From NCBI GenBank assembly GCA_947165135.1, contig CAMUZE010000005.1:4101-68100 (forward strand): a DNA stretch of 64,000 bases. The letters are read 5' to 3'. The stretch comes from an uncultured Clostridia bacterium. GTDB lineage: Bacteria > Bacillota_I > Bacilli_A > RF39 > UBA660. The position numbers and the translations under genes are program-made. The notes beneath the pieces were generated by a model that was given only the letters and a program-made list of their open reading frames with translations, was not told where the DNA came from and ran no database searches. Of this stretch, positions 55,581-64,000 are shown in pieces. Positions within the stretch are counted from its first letter, which is position 1; each line of letters begins with the position of its first letter.

Positions 55581-56249
55581 ATGGAACTAAAAAATAAGTT
55601 ATATAAAAATATTGGTATTCATGTTATTACTGCTTTGTTTACTGTAGAGAAAGGAATTACTAAAGTATTATTGATTAGAAGAACTAATGAACCTTATAAA
55701 GGATGCTGGTCACTTCCAAGTGGAGCAATGTATAATAATGAACTAATTAAAGTTGCAGCTCTTAGAGAACTAAAAGAAAAAACAGGAATTGAACTTGATG
55801 ATTTATCTCCTTTTAGAACATTCGATGCACTTGATAGAAGTCCTCTTCAAAGAATGATTGGTGTTGGATATATTGGAATTATTGATAATAAAAGAGTAGA
55901 AGTTCTAAAAAGTACAAATAAAACATCTAATGCTGATTGGTTCTCCTTAGATAATATTCCTACACTTGCATATGATCATAATGAAATATTAAATTATGCA
56001 ATAGAAAAATTAAAAGAAAAAATAATTACTACAGATATTTTAAAATCATTCTTTCCAAATGGATTTACACTTCCAGAACTTCAAGATGTATATGAATCAA
56101 TATTAAACATAAAGATTGATAGAAGAAATTTTAGAAAAAAAATGTTAAGTGTAATAATTGATACTGGAAAAGAAATAAAATATCTCGGACGTAAGAAAGC
56201 TAAAGTATATAAATTTGATTACAGAAAGAAGGACATAAGCATATTTTAA
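55581..56249 (+). CDS. Nudix-domain transcriptional regulator (NrtR-like)
   Basis: Near-complete Nudix box GAMYNNELIKVAALRELKEKTGI (the second Glu of the EE pair is Lys). The C-terminal FTLPELQDVYESILNIKIDRRNFRKKM is typical of the NrtR winged-helix domain. Confidence 0.65.
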   Translation: MELKNKLYKNIGIHVITALFTVEKGITKVLLIRRTNEPYKGCWSLPSGAMYNNELIKVAALRELKEKTGIELDDLSPFRTFDALDRSPLQRMIGVGYIGIIDNKRVEVLKSTNKTSNADWFSLDNIPTLAYDHNEILNYAIEKLKEKIITTDILKSFFPNGFTLPELQDVYESILNIKIDRRNFRKKMLSVIIDTGKEIKYLGRKKAKVYKFDYRKKDISIF

Positions 56250-56274
56250 AATATGCTTTATATATAAAATCATA

Positions 56275-56291
56275 TGTGTATAAAATACACA
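56275..56291 (+). promoter_or_regulatory. Second copy of the GTGTA-N5-TACAC palindrome, upstream of 56305
   Basis: tGTGTAtaaaaTACACa lies 14 nt upstream of the ATG and overlaps the RBS-proximal leader. Confidence 0.55.
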
Positions 56292-56304
56292 TTAAGGAGG
56301 GTAT

Positions 56305-57132
56305 ATGATTTATATTAGAAAAAATGGAGAAGTACTAGAAAAGTATGAGATGGTGTATGACAAACAGAAACTTGAAGAACTGATGATTAGAATTGCTAAG
56401 AATTGTGGTGAAAGACATGATGTTAAAAGAGAAATGGAATTTAGTTATTTTCCTAAAGAAAATAGTTGGAGGTATGATTATATTTTAGGAGATGTTGAAA
56501 AAACATTAGCATATGTAGAGAATGTAAAATATAAGAAGAATGGTAAAACGACAACACACTGGTATGAATATGATGATGAAGTAGTAGATTTATATGATTG
56601 TAATTTTACATTATATTTTGTTCCACCTATAGTAGATTTTATTAAAAGTTTAATTGAAGGTTCAGAAGCATCTATTGCAGCATTATTTAACAGGGATCTT
56701 TCATCAATTGAAAATCTTCCAACAGTAGAAGAAAAAATAGCGTATTATAATGGTATACTATCAAAGTATCAAGAAGAGTTAATAAGAAAAAGAAAAGAAA
56801 AAATAGAAGAACTAAGTAAAAAATGTGGTGATATTAATAGTAATTCTGCAAAATTAATAAAAGAATTAGCGGCGTTAGAAAAAAATAGTAGATATGCCAT
56901 GAAAAATATAAAATTCCAATATGATAGTTATATGGATATTAGAGATTTAAATAAAAATCAACAGCTAGTAGAACCATATATAGAAGAATTATTATCATTA
57001 ATAAAATTTAGGTTAGTTGATACAATTGAATTATCTGAAGTTCAAAGAATTAATTCATTTTTCACAGCTGGATGTACAAATATGCAAAATTCAGAAGTAT
57101 TAAAAAGAGTTTTAAAAAATAGTAATAATTAA
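56305..57132 (+). CDS. Hypothetical protein (275 aa), coiled-coil rich
   Basis: AGGAGG RBS. No recognisable motif. Confidence 0.65.
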   Translation: MIYIRKNGEVLEKYEMVYDKQKLEELMIRIAKNCGERHDVKREMEFSYFPKENSWRYDYILGDVEKTLAYVENVKYKKNGKTTTHWYEYDDEVVDLYDCNFTLYFVPPIVDFIKSLIEGSEASIAALFNRDLSSIENLPTVEEKIAYYNGILSKYQEELIRKRKEKIEELSKKCGDINSNSAKLIKELAALEKNSRYAMKNIKFQYDSYMDIRDLNKNQQLVEPYIEELLSLIKFRLVDTIELSEVQRINSFFTAGCTNMQNSEVLKRVLKNSNN

Positions 57133-57152
57133 TAATAAAATGGAGGTTATTT

Positions 57153-57722
57153 ATGATTAATTTATATATTGATTTTGATGGGGTTCTAGTTGATACAATA
57201 AATGAAACTTATAAAATGATTGCTGATTTAGGTATTAGTCTTAGTGATACTGAAAGAGTTAATAAATTTTATAGAGAATTAGACTGGAATACAGTTCTTT
57301 CAAATACTAAAGAAATAAATGATGCCTTTGAAAATATAAGATTATTAGAAGAAAGTGGTTTATATAAGCCTTGTATATTAACAACAGTTCATTCTTGTAA
57401 TGAAATGAGAGCAAAAGTATCATTCATAAGAAGCAAAAATAAAAGTATCAATATAATATGTGTCCCAAAAGGAATAGAAAAATGTGATATGGTAGATCCT
57501 AGAAATTCAATATTAATTGATGATTATGGTGGTAACCTAAAAACATGGATTGAAAATGAAGGAATAGGTATTAAATTTTCACAAGAACAAAGCGGTAAAT
57601 ATATAACAATTAATTCATTAAATGAACTTCTAAAATCAAAAGAAGTGTTATGCTTAATATCAAAACATATCAAAAACGAAAACTCTTTAAAGCTAGTTAA
57701 TAAAGTAAGAAGTTATTGTTAA
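57153..57722 (+). CDS. HAD-superfamily 5'(3')-deoxyribonucleotidase-like protein
   Basis: Motif I YIDFDGVLVDT, a size of ~190 aa, and a later LIDDYGGNL. Confidence 0.45.
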   Translation: MINLYIDFDGVLVDTINETYKMIADLGISLSDTERVNKFYRELDWNTVLSNTKEINDAFENIRLLEESGLYKPCILTTVHSCNEMRAKVSFIRSKNKSINIICVPKGIEKCDMVDPRNSILIDDYGGNLKTWIENEGIGIKFSQEQSGKYITINSLNELLKSKEVLCLISKHIKNENSLKLVNKVRSYC

Positions 57723-57729
57723 TAATAAA

Positions 57730-57761
57730 ATAAGATATTATCAAATATCTTATTTTTTTGT
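57730..57761 (+). terminator. Rho-independent terminator
   Basis: Stem ataagatat / atatcttat with a 6-nt loop and T6, followed by TGtTATAAT for the next gene. Confidence 0.7.
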
Positions 57762-57783
57762 TATAATAATTTTGGTGAATAAT

Positions 57784-58536
57784 ATGAAAATACTAATAAC
57801 AGGTGCTTCTAGTGGGATGGGAGCAGACTTTGCAAGAGAACTTTCAAATAAAGAAAATGAATTAATTTTAGTTGCAAGAAGTAAAGAAAAATTAGAATCA
57901 TTAAAAAAAGAATTAAATTGTAAAGTAGAATTAGAAATAATGGATTTAAGTATAGAAGAAAATGTTTATAAATTATATGATAAATATAAAAATAAAATAG
58001 ATTTTCTAATTAATAATGCTGGTTTTGGAGCATACGGAAAATTCTATGAAACTAATTTAGATAATGAACTAAATATGATAGATTTAAATATTAAAACATA
58101 TCATATTCTAACAAAATTATTTTTAAAAGATTTTGTAAAAAAAGATAAGGGACGCATATTAAATGTTGCTTCAAGTGCTGCATTCGAACCAGGTCCTTTA
58201 ATGGCCACTTATTATGCTACTAAATCATATGTATATAATCTTACTCTTGGAATATATGAAGAACTTAGACATGATAATAGTAATGTTAAAATACATGTAT
58301 TGTGTCCAGGTCCAGTAGATACTGGATTTAATGATAGAGCAAATGTTAAGTTTGGAGTTAAGTCATTACCAAGTATAGATGTAGTTAAATATACATTAAA
58401 AATGATTAAAAAGAATAAGACAATAATAATACCAGGATTAATGATGAAATTAGGAATATTTGGTACAAGATTTGTATCTAGAAAGGGTATAGCTAAGATA
58501 ACATATAATATTCAAAAATCAAAATCTTTACAATAA
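57784..58536 (+). CDS. Short-chain dehydrogenase/reductase (SDR) family oxidoreductase
   Basis: ILITGASSGMG, NNAG, and the YxxxK element YYATKSY. The ATG at 57784 is preferred over the TTG at 57772. Confidence 0.8.
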   Translation: MKILITGASSGMGADFARELSNKENELILVARSKEKLESLKKELNCKVELEIMDLSIEENVYKLYDKYKNKIDFLINNAGFGAYGKFYETNLDNELNMIDLNIKTYHILTKLFLKDFVKKDKGRILNVASSAAFEPGPLMATYYATKSYVYNLTLGIYEELRHDNSNVKIHVLCPGPVDTGFNDRANVKFGVKSLPSIDVVKYTLKMIKKNKTIIIPGLMMKLGIFGTRFVSRKGIAKITYNIQKSKSLQ

Positions 58537-58573
58537 TTAAATAAAATAATATAATTTTATATGTGGTGATAAT

Positions 58574-58828
58574 ATGAAAATTGTAAAAATTAATTCTTTG
58601 GGTTGTCCATCTTGTATTATCATGAACAAAGTTATTAATCAGATTAAAGATGAATATGATATTGAAATAGAAGAATATGATTATGATTTTGATGAGGAAG
58701 AAGTGGCAAAGTTTAATATAGGAAAGATACTTCCAGTATTTATATTTTTTAAAGATGGAAAAGAAATTGCTAGATTAAATGGAGAACATAAAAAAGAAGA
58801 ATTTGAAAATATATTAAAAGGTGAATAA
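58574..58828 (+). CDS. Small thioredoxin/glutaredoxin-like protein
   Basis: GCPSC active-site motif near the N-terminus, 84 aa. Confidence 0.65.
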   Translation: MKIVKINSLGCPSCIIMNKVINQIKDEYDIEIEEYDYDFDEEEVAKFNIGKILPVFIFFKDGKEIARLNGEHKKEEFENILKGE

Positions 58829-58829
58829 T

Positions 58830-60041
58830 ATGAAAAAAATAATATATACTATAATATTTTTATTATTAATTTTTCCAACAATAGTTTTTGGAAAAGAAAA
58901 AGAGTTAAACATTTATTTATTCTACGGAGATGGATGCCCTCATTGTGCTGAAGAGGAAGCATTTTTAAAAGAGTATTTAAAAGATAAAGATTATATTAAA
59001 CTACATAAATATGAAGTTTGGTATGATGAAAATAATGCAAAAAAATATGAGGATATTCATAATTTGTTAGAAGATAGAGGCAGTGGTATTCCATATTTAA
59101 TAATTGGAAGTAATTCAATTACTGGTTATTCTAGTGATATCACACCAGAAAGAATTAAAAATACAGTAAATTATTATAAAAATATTAATTATAAAGATGA
59201 AGTTGGAATATATTTGGGTGTTGTAGATCCTAATGAGGCGGGTAATGAAAATGCTCATATGGAAGGCGATGATACTAAGTATGATGAAAGCGAATATGAC
59301 TTGCCAATAATAGGAAAAAAAGATGTAAAAGAGTTTCCAATAATATTAAGTGCTATATTAATTGGACTTGTAGATGGATTTAATCCATGTGCAATGTGGA
59401 TACTCATATTCTTAATATCAATGCTACTTGGAATGAAAGATAAAAAGAGAATGTGGACTCTTGGTATAACATTCTTAACTGCTTCTGCATTAGTATATTT
59501 CTTATTTCTAGTGTCTTGGTTAAATCTTGCAATATTCTTAAACAAAATAATATATATAAGACTTGGTATAGCAATGGTAGCTATAATATTTGGAGTTGTT
59601 TCTGTACTTAAATTCATAAATAGAAAAGATGATGATGGATGCGAAGTTGTCGATACTAAGAATAGAAAGAGAATAATTAATGCTATTAAAAAAATAGTGA
59701 AAGAAAAATCATTCTTTTTAGCAATATTAGGTATTATTTTATTAGCAGTATCAGTAAACATTATAGAATTGTTATGTTCTTTAGGACTTCCTGTTATGTT
59801 TACTCAAATACTTGCAATTAATAATGTTGGAAAAGGGATGTCTTTAATTTATTCATTAATATATGTACTATTCTTTTTAATAGATGATATTGTAGTATTT
59901 ATAATTGCTATGAAGACATTAGAGATAAAAGCTATATCTAATAAATTTGGAAAGTATTCTCATTTAATAGGTGGAATAATAATGTTAATTATTGGCCTAC
60001 TTATGATATTTAAACCAGAGTGGTTAATGTTTAATTTTTAA
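58830..60041 (+). CDS. Membrane thiol-disulfide oxidoreductase: extracytoplasmic thioredoxin-like domain fused to a DsbD/CcdA-like transmembrane domain
   Basis: Signal/anchor sequence, then GDGCPHCAEEE. A polytopic part follows with GLVDGFNPCAMWIL and a second conserved Cys region (ELLCSLGLPV). The ATG at 58830 lies 5 nt after AAAGGTGA. Confidence 0.6.
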   Translation: MKKIIYTIIFLLLIFPTIVFGKEKELNIYLFYGDGCPHCAEEEAFLKEYLKDKDYIKLHKYEVWYDENNAKKYEDIHNLLEDRGSGIPYLIIGSNSITGYSSDITPERIKNTVNYYKNINYKDEVGIYLGVVDPNEAGNENAHMEGDDTKYDESEYDLPIIGKKDVKEFPIILSAILIGLVDGFNPCAMWILIFLISMLLGMKDKKRMWTLGITFLTASALVYFLFLVSWLNLAIFLNKIIYIRLGIAMVAIIFGVVSVLKFINRKDDDGCEVVDTKNRKRIINAIKKIVKEKSFFLAILGIILLAVSVNIIELLCSLGLPVMFTQILAINNVGKGMSLIYSLIYVLFFLIDDIVVFIIAMKTLEIKAISNKFGKYSHLIGGIIMLIIGLLMIFKPEWLMFNF

Positions 60042-60084
60042 AACAAAAAATTATCGTTTACATATAATATGTTAGGTGATATAT

Positions 60085-60321
60085 GTGAATGATAATTTTT
60101 TAAATAGGATAGAAGAGAAGACAAAAGTAAGTAAAGACACTATTATTGATCTTGCAAGAAAATTACAAGAAGGTAACTTTAAAGATGAAAATACTTTAAG
60201 GGAAATAATTCATAAACTATCTGATATAACAGGAAAAGATGTATCAGAAGAAAAAGAAAATAAAATAATAAGTATGATTGTTAATGATAAGGTACCTAAA
60301 GATTTAGACAAATACATTTAA
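60085..60321 (+). CDS. spoVIF: Stage VI sporulation protein F-like
   Basis: NFLNRIEEKTKV..NFKDENTLREIIHKLSDITGKDVSEEKENKII matches my recollection of SpoVIF. The GTG at 60085 lies 5 nt after AGGTGA. The track start at 60076 is inside the RBS. Confidence 0.6.
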   Translation: MNDNFLNRIEEKTKVSKDTIIDLARKLQEGNFKDENTLREIIHKLSDITGKDVSEEKENKIISMIVNDKVPKDLDKYI

Positions 60322-60345
60322 AAAGATTCACTATTGTGAATCTTC
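60322..60345. terminator. Bidirectional terminator between convergent genes
   Basis: Stem aagattcac / gtgaatctt with a 4-nt loop, with A/T runs on both sides. Confidence 0.7.
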
Positions 60346-60348
60346 CTT

Positions 60349-61599
60349 TTATTTATAGAATTCTTTTTGTATTTTATTTGTTGACCATAATATCTGATGT
60401 ATTGGTTTATTAATAATTAGATCAAATTCTCCAATGTATTCATAAACAGTAGGCTTAAATTTTAATTTAAATTCGTTTAATTCTTTATATGGATTATTTT
60501 CTGTAAAATCTCCAGTAATACCATTTAAATCAACAAAATAATAACCAGCTTTTTTATATTCTTCAATTATCTTATAAAACATAAATGTCTTAAAATTGGC
60601 AAGTTTAAACTCATTTTTTTGACCTGTAATTAATATTGTGACTCTTCCTTGATGCTTGATAACAAGTGCTGCACCATATGTTTCTTCTAATACATTTTCT
60701 TGCATCTTTTGATTTATTAAGGCTATATCAGAAGATATATCATTTAATGTTCTATCAGAAGCCATTTTTTGTTCAAATAAATTTGTATCTTGAGGATTAT
60801 CCTTAAATATATCATTTATTCTCTCATTATTTTCTTGTTCATCAATAAATTTCTTTTGTAAAAACTTTACATATTTATCATAATCTAAATTTAGTATCAG
60901 TAAATCAACCATATCACTTGGTTTTAAACTATCAAATAAAGCTTCATAATATTGTACTGTTTTACTATCTTTATCTTCTACGTACGAATAGAAAGTATTT
61001 ATATCTTCTTTTTGTCCGGAAACAAAATATATTCCTTTTTCTTCATGATTCTCCATATCTTTTTTAACATCATCATCTAATAAATTTAAATCATATGTAG
61101 TCAAATTAATAACAGGAGTAAATTTTGGAAGCAAAGATTCAAAATATAAATTATCTTTCAATTTATCATATCCAAGTGATTTAAGCGTCAACATCAATTT
61201 TTCACTTTTAGAATTAATAACTTTAGTTTTATTTTCTAAATCTACAGTAGCATAAGTTACTTCTGGATTTATTTTAATAAATGCATAACCTTTGGCAAAG
61301 AAAAAATCTTTAATTGCTTTAGTAAAATCCCTTAATAAATTTGTGTCATAATAATTAACTAAGAAACCACGAGGTGCATATCCATATTTAATGCTTGGAG
61401 CGATGTTTTTATATAATATTAAACTGCCGGCAACTATTTGTTCATTTTCATAACCGCCAACATACATAACAGAATATTCACTATTCTGCATTAAATCCCC
61501 ATATTCTTTTGATTGAAAAAAGTTTTTAAGAATATGTTTACATGCAAATTCATTAAACGTTTCTTTATCTATTTCAATAACCTTCATATTTTGCTTCAC
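60349..61599 (-). CDS. FemAB-family peptidoglycan interpeptide-bridge aminoacyltransferase
   Basis: ~416 aa with two GNAT-like halves separated by a coiled-coil insert. Contains YGYAPRGFL and the C-terminal YKELNEFKLKFKP, typical of the FemA/FemX/MurM family. Confidence 0.7.
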   Translation of the reverse strand: MKQNMKVIEIDKETFNEFACKHILKNFFQSKEYGDLMQNSEYSVMYVGGYENEQIVAGSLILYKNIAPSIKYGYAPRGFLVNYYDTNLLRDFTKAIKDFFFAKGYAFIKINPEVTYATVDLENKTKVINSKSEKLMLTLKSLGYDKLKDNLYFESLLPKFTPVINLTTYDLNLLDDDVKKDMENHEEKGIYFVSGQKEDINTFYSYVEDKDSKTVQYYEALFDSLKPSDMVDLLILNLDYDKYVKFLQKKFIDEQENNERINDIFKDNPQDTNLFEQKMASDRTLNDISSDIALINQKMQENVLEETYGAALVIKHQGRVTILITGQKNEFKLANFKTFMFYKIIEEYKKAGYYFVDLNGITGDFTENNPYKELNEFKLKFKPTVYEYIGEFDLIINKPIHQILWSTNKIQKEFYK

Positions 61600-61676
61600 C
61601 CTTTTTACATATTTATTATAGCATATTATTTTAAAAAATAGTATAATGAATATTAGAAAATAGTAAAGGAGATATT

Positions 61677-62915
61677 ATGAGCAAAATAGTTGATATTAAA
61701 GCAAGAGAAATATTAGATTCAAGAGGCTATCCAACAGTAGAGGTGGAAGTAAAAACTGAAAAAGGTTTTATAGGTATTGCGGCAGTTCCAAGTGGGGCTT
61801 CAACAGGAAGTAGAGAGGCACTAGAATTACGTGATAATGATGAGAGATATTGCGGTAAAGGTGTTTTAAAAGCTGTAAACAATGTAAATACTTTAATAAA
61901 AGAAGCAGTAGTTGGTATGGAAGTTACACATCAAAAAGAAATCGACATGAAAATGGTGGAATTAGATGGTACTGAAAATAAAAGTAGATTAGGTGCAAAT
62001 GCTACATTAGGAGTATCTTTGGCTTGTATTAAAGCTTCTGCTTTGGAAAGTGGTAAAGAAGTTTATGAATATTTAAATTCAAGAGAAAAACATATTCCAA
62101 GATTAATGTTTAACATTGTTAATGGCGGTATGCACGCTAAGAATAATTTAGATATTCAAGAATTTATGATTGTTCCTAAAAGAGAATCTTTTAAAGAAGG
62201 ACTTAGATGTGCAAGTGAAGTATTTCATTCATTAAAGAAATTATTAGATAATGAAGGACTTACAACTTCTGTTGGAGATGAAGGTGGATTTGCTCCAAAT
62301 TTAGAAACAAACAAAACAGCGTTAAGTTATATTATTAAAGCAATTGAAACTGCAGGTTATGTTCCTGGAAAAGACGTGTTTATTGCACTAGATGTTGCAG
62401 CTAGTTCATTATATAATGAACAAACACAGACATATAAAATAGAAGATAAAATGATGAGTAAAGAAGAACTTCTTGATTACTATTTAGATTTAGTTAAGAA
62501 TTATCCAATTATTTCAATAGAAGATCCATTCGATGAAAATGATTATGAAGGATTTAAATTAATTACTGATAGGTTAGGTAAAGAAATAAATATAGTTGGT
62601 GATGATTTATTTGTTACAAATAAAAAAGAATTAGAAAATGGTATTAAAAATGGATTGTGTAATTCAATATTAATTAAACCAAATCAAATCGGAACATTCT
62701 ATGAGATGTTAGAAACAGTAGTAATGGCAAAACAACACAATTATACTTGTATTATGTCACATAGAAGTGGAGAAACAACAGATACATTTATAATTGATGC
62801 TGCAGTTGCTCTTGGAATACCTTTTATTAAGACTGGTTCAGTTTCTAGAGGTGAAAGAATTTGTAAATTTAATAGACTTTTAAAAATAGAAGAACAGATT
62901 AATGAGAATAAATAG
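61677..62915 (+). CDS. eno: Enolase (phosphopyruvate hydratase)
   Basis: [30 protein letters not shown] and SHRSGETTD. Confidence 0.95.
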   Translation: MSKIVDIKAREILDSRGYPTVEVEVKTEKGFIGIAAVPSGASTGSREALELRDNDERYCGKGVLKAVNNVNTLIKEAVVGMEVTHQKEIDMKMVELDGTENKSRLGANATLGVSLACIKASALESGKEVYEYLNSREKHIPRLMFNIVNGGMHAKNNLDIQEFMIVPKRESFKEGLRCASEVFHSLKKLLDNEGLTTSVGDEGGFAPNLETNKTALSYIIKAIETAGYVPGKDVFIALDVAASSLYNEQTQTYKIEDKMMSKEELLDYYLDLVKNYPIISIEDPFDENDYEGFKLITDRLGKEINIVGDDLFVTNKKELENGIKNGLCNSILIKPNQIGTFYEMLETVVMAKQHNYTCIMSHRSGETTDTFIIDAAVALGIPFIKTGSVSRGERICKFNRLLKIEEQINENK

Positions 62916-62971
62916 TTCTTGTTTATTAAAAAAAAATATAGTATAATACTTTTTGCGAAGGAGAGAAGAAG

Positions 62972-63184
62972 ATGGAAACAGTACTATTAGTAATATCAGT
63001 ATTAATTATAGTAATAGTTCTTTTACAAAGTAATAAAGCAAGTGATGCAAGTCAAATTATTTCCGGTGGAAATAATGTGCTTTTAGGAAAAACAAAAGAA
63101 AGAGGACTTGAAGTTGTTATAACAAGATTAACTTATTTTTTAGGTTTTGCATTTATAATAATTTCAGCAATTTTATCATTTTAA
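62972..63184 (+). CDS. secG: Preprotein translocase subunit SecG
   Basis: 70-aa two-TM protein with a VLLQS.KA N-terminal signature, in the conserved eno-secG-rnr neighbourhood of Firmicutes. Confidence 0.65.
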   Translation: METVLLVISVLIIVIVLLQSNKASDASQIISGGNNVLLGKTKERGLEVVITRLTYFLGFAFIIISAILSF

Positions 63185-63192
63185 AAAATATA

Positions 63193-63226
63193 AAAAAGTT
63201 CACAAATAGTATGTGAACTTTTTTTA
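63193..63226 (+). terminator. Rho-independent terminator after secG
   Basis: 12-bp stem aaaaagttcaca / tgtgaacttttt with a 7-nt loop and a T-run. Confidence 0.8.
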
Positions 63227-63257
63227 TTATATGCTAAAATAGTTATAGAGGTAGAAT

Positions 63258-64000
63258 ATGAAAGAAAAAATATTTGATGTGATTAAAAATGCAGAAAAAG
63301 CTTTAAACCCTACAGAGATAATGGATGTTATTAAGCCTGATAATACAGTTAGTGATTACGAAGAATTATTAGAATGTTTAAGAAAATTGTGTCAAGAAGG
63401 AATTATTAGATTAACAAGTGGCAATGGCTATGTAATAAATGAATTATTGGTCGGTAAGATGGATATGCATGCTAAAGGCAATGGTCATGTTTTAGTTCAT
63501 GATGGAGAAGATATATTAGTTAATAAAATTAATATGAATGGTGCTTTAGATAAAGATACCGTTTTAGTTGATTACACAAATAAAGAACATACTGAAGGAA
63601 GAGTTGTCAGAGTACTTAAACGTTCTTTAGGACGTGGAGTAGGAGAAGTAGTTAATAATAATGGCGTGTTTAGTATTAAACCTTTAGATGACCTTCCATA
63701 TCATATTGAAATTGAAAAAACAGACATTAATTTAGTAGATGGACTTTTAGTACACCTTGATTACGTGAAAGATATTGCAAAAGGACAAGTCCTTGCAAAA
63801 ATAGATTATGTTATTGGACATAAAAATGCAGTTGGAAAAGAAACTGCATTTGCAGTTATAGGTAGTGAATTTAATAGAAGATCCGGTTTCCCAGATGAAG
63901 TGTTAGAAGAAGCAAAAAGTTTTAATACTTCACTAACAGAAGAAGAAATTAATGAGGGGTTAAAATCTGGAAGAATAGATTTAAGAGGGGAAACAATTGT
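63258..64000 (+). CDS. rnr: Ribonuclease R, N-terminal part (continues beyond the window)
   Basis: N-terminal winged-helix-like segment, then cold-shock/OB-like segments (GKMDMHAKGNGHVLV, TVLVDYTNKEHTEGRVVRVLKR). It sits after secG, and the ORF is open to base 64000. Confidence 0.65.
   Translation, partial: MKEKIFDVIKNAEKALNPTEIMDVIKPDNTVSDYEELLECLRKLCQEGIIRLTSGNGYVINELLVGKMDMHAKGNGHVLVHDGEDILVNKINMNGALDKDTVLVDYTNKEHTEGRVVRVLKRSLGRGVGEVVNNNGVFSIKPLDDLPYHIEIEKTDINLVDGLLVHLDYVKDIAKGQVLAKIDYVIGHKNAVGKETAFAVIGSEFNRRSGFPDEVLEEAKSFNTSLTEEEINEGLKSGRIDLRGETI

Noticed and set aside
59255-59761. 168-aa minus-strand ORF
   Set aside because: It is antisense to the Trx-DsbD-like fusion gene, whose motifs support the plus strand.
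1-64000. Scan for tRNA, rRNA, CRISPR arrays, transposases, integrases, phage or toxin-antitoxin modules
   Set aside because: I saw no tRNA-like TPsiC arms, rRNA-like segments, regularly spaced repeats, or recombinase or transposase motifs. Absence by eye is not proof, and dedicated tools should confirm it.

Overview
AT-rich chromosomal window from a spore-forming, low-GC monoderm (Firmicutes-type gene content; standard genetic code, TGA used as stop). The flanks are mostly housekeeping, envelope and sporulation genes. These include the pcrA 3' end, an LtaS-type synthase, an autolysin/cohesin-protein/LCP operon, and a wall-teichoic-acid cluster (tagO, gpsA, three TagF-like genes, tagD, tagGH). 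They also include rpsP, a GerA-type germinant-receptor operon, cotE, bofA, uvrB, rny, spoVIF, a FemAB-family gene, eno, secG and the rnr 5' end. The stand-out region is about 5.4-24.3 kb, a Tad/type IVc-like pilus locus. Its core holds two CpaB-like genes, a CpaF/TadA ATPase, TadB, TadC, a strongly promoted small pilin-like gene, and TadE-like and TadZ-like genes. Upstream of the core are a sortase-B domain fused to a ~275-aa N-terminal domain and two tandem promoter-to-terminator paralogous cassettes. Each cassette encodes a small 4-Cys tail-anchored protein, a giant (1298 or 1154 aa) Cys-rich secreted protein, and a 60-aa plus 77-aa ORF pair. The first two genes of the cassettes are strongly diverged, but the last 452 bp (the ORF pair plus terminator) are nucleotide-identical. 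The 60/77 split sits at an A6 tract. No prepilin peptidase, tRNA, rRNA, CRISPR array, transposase or integrase was recognised. All family calls come from motif recognition by eye and gene context, not from searches.
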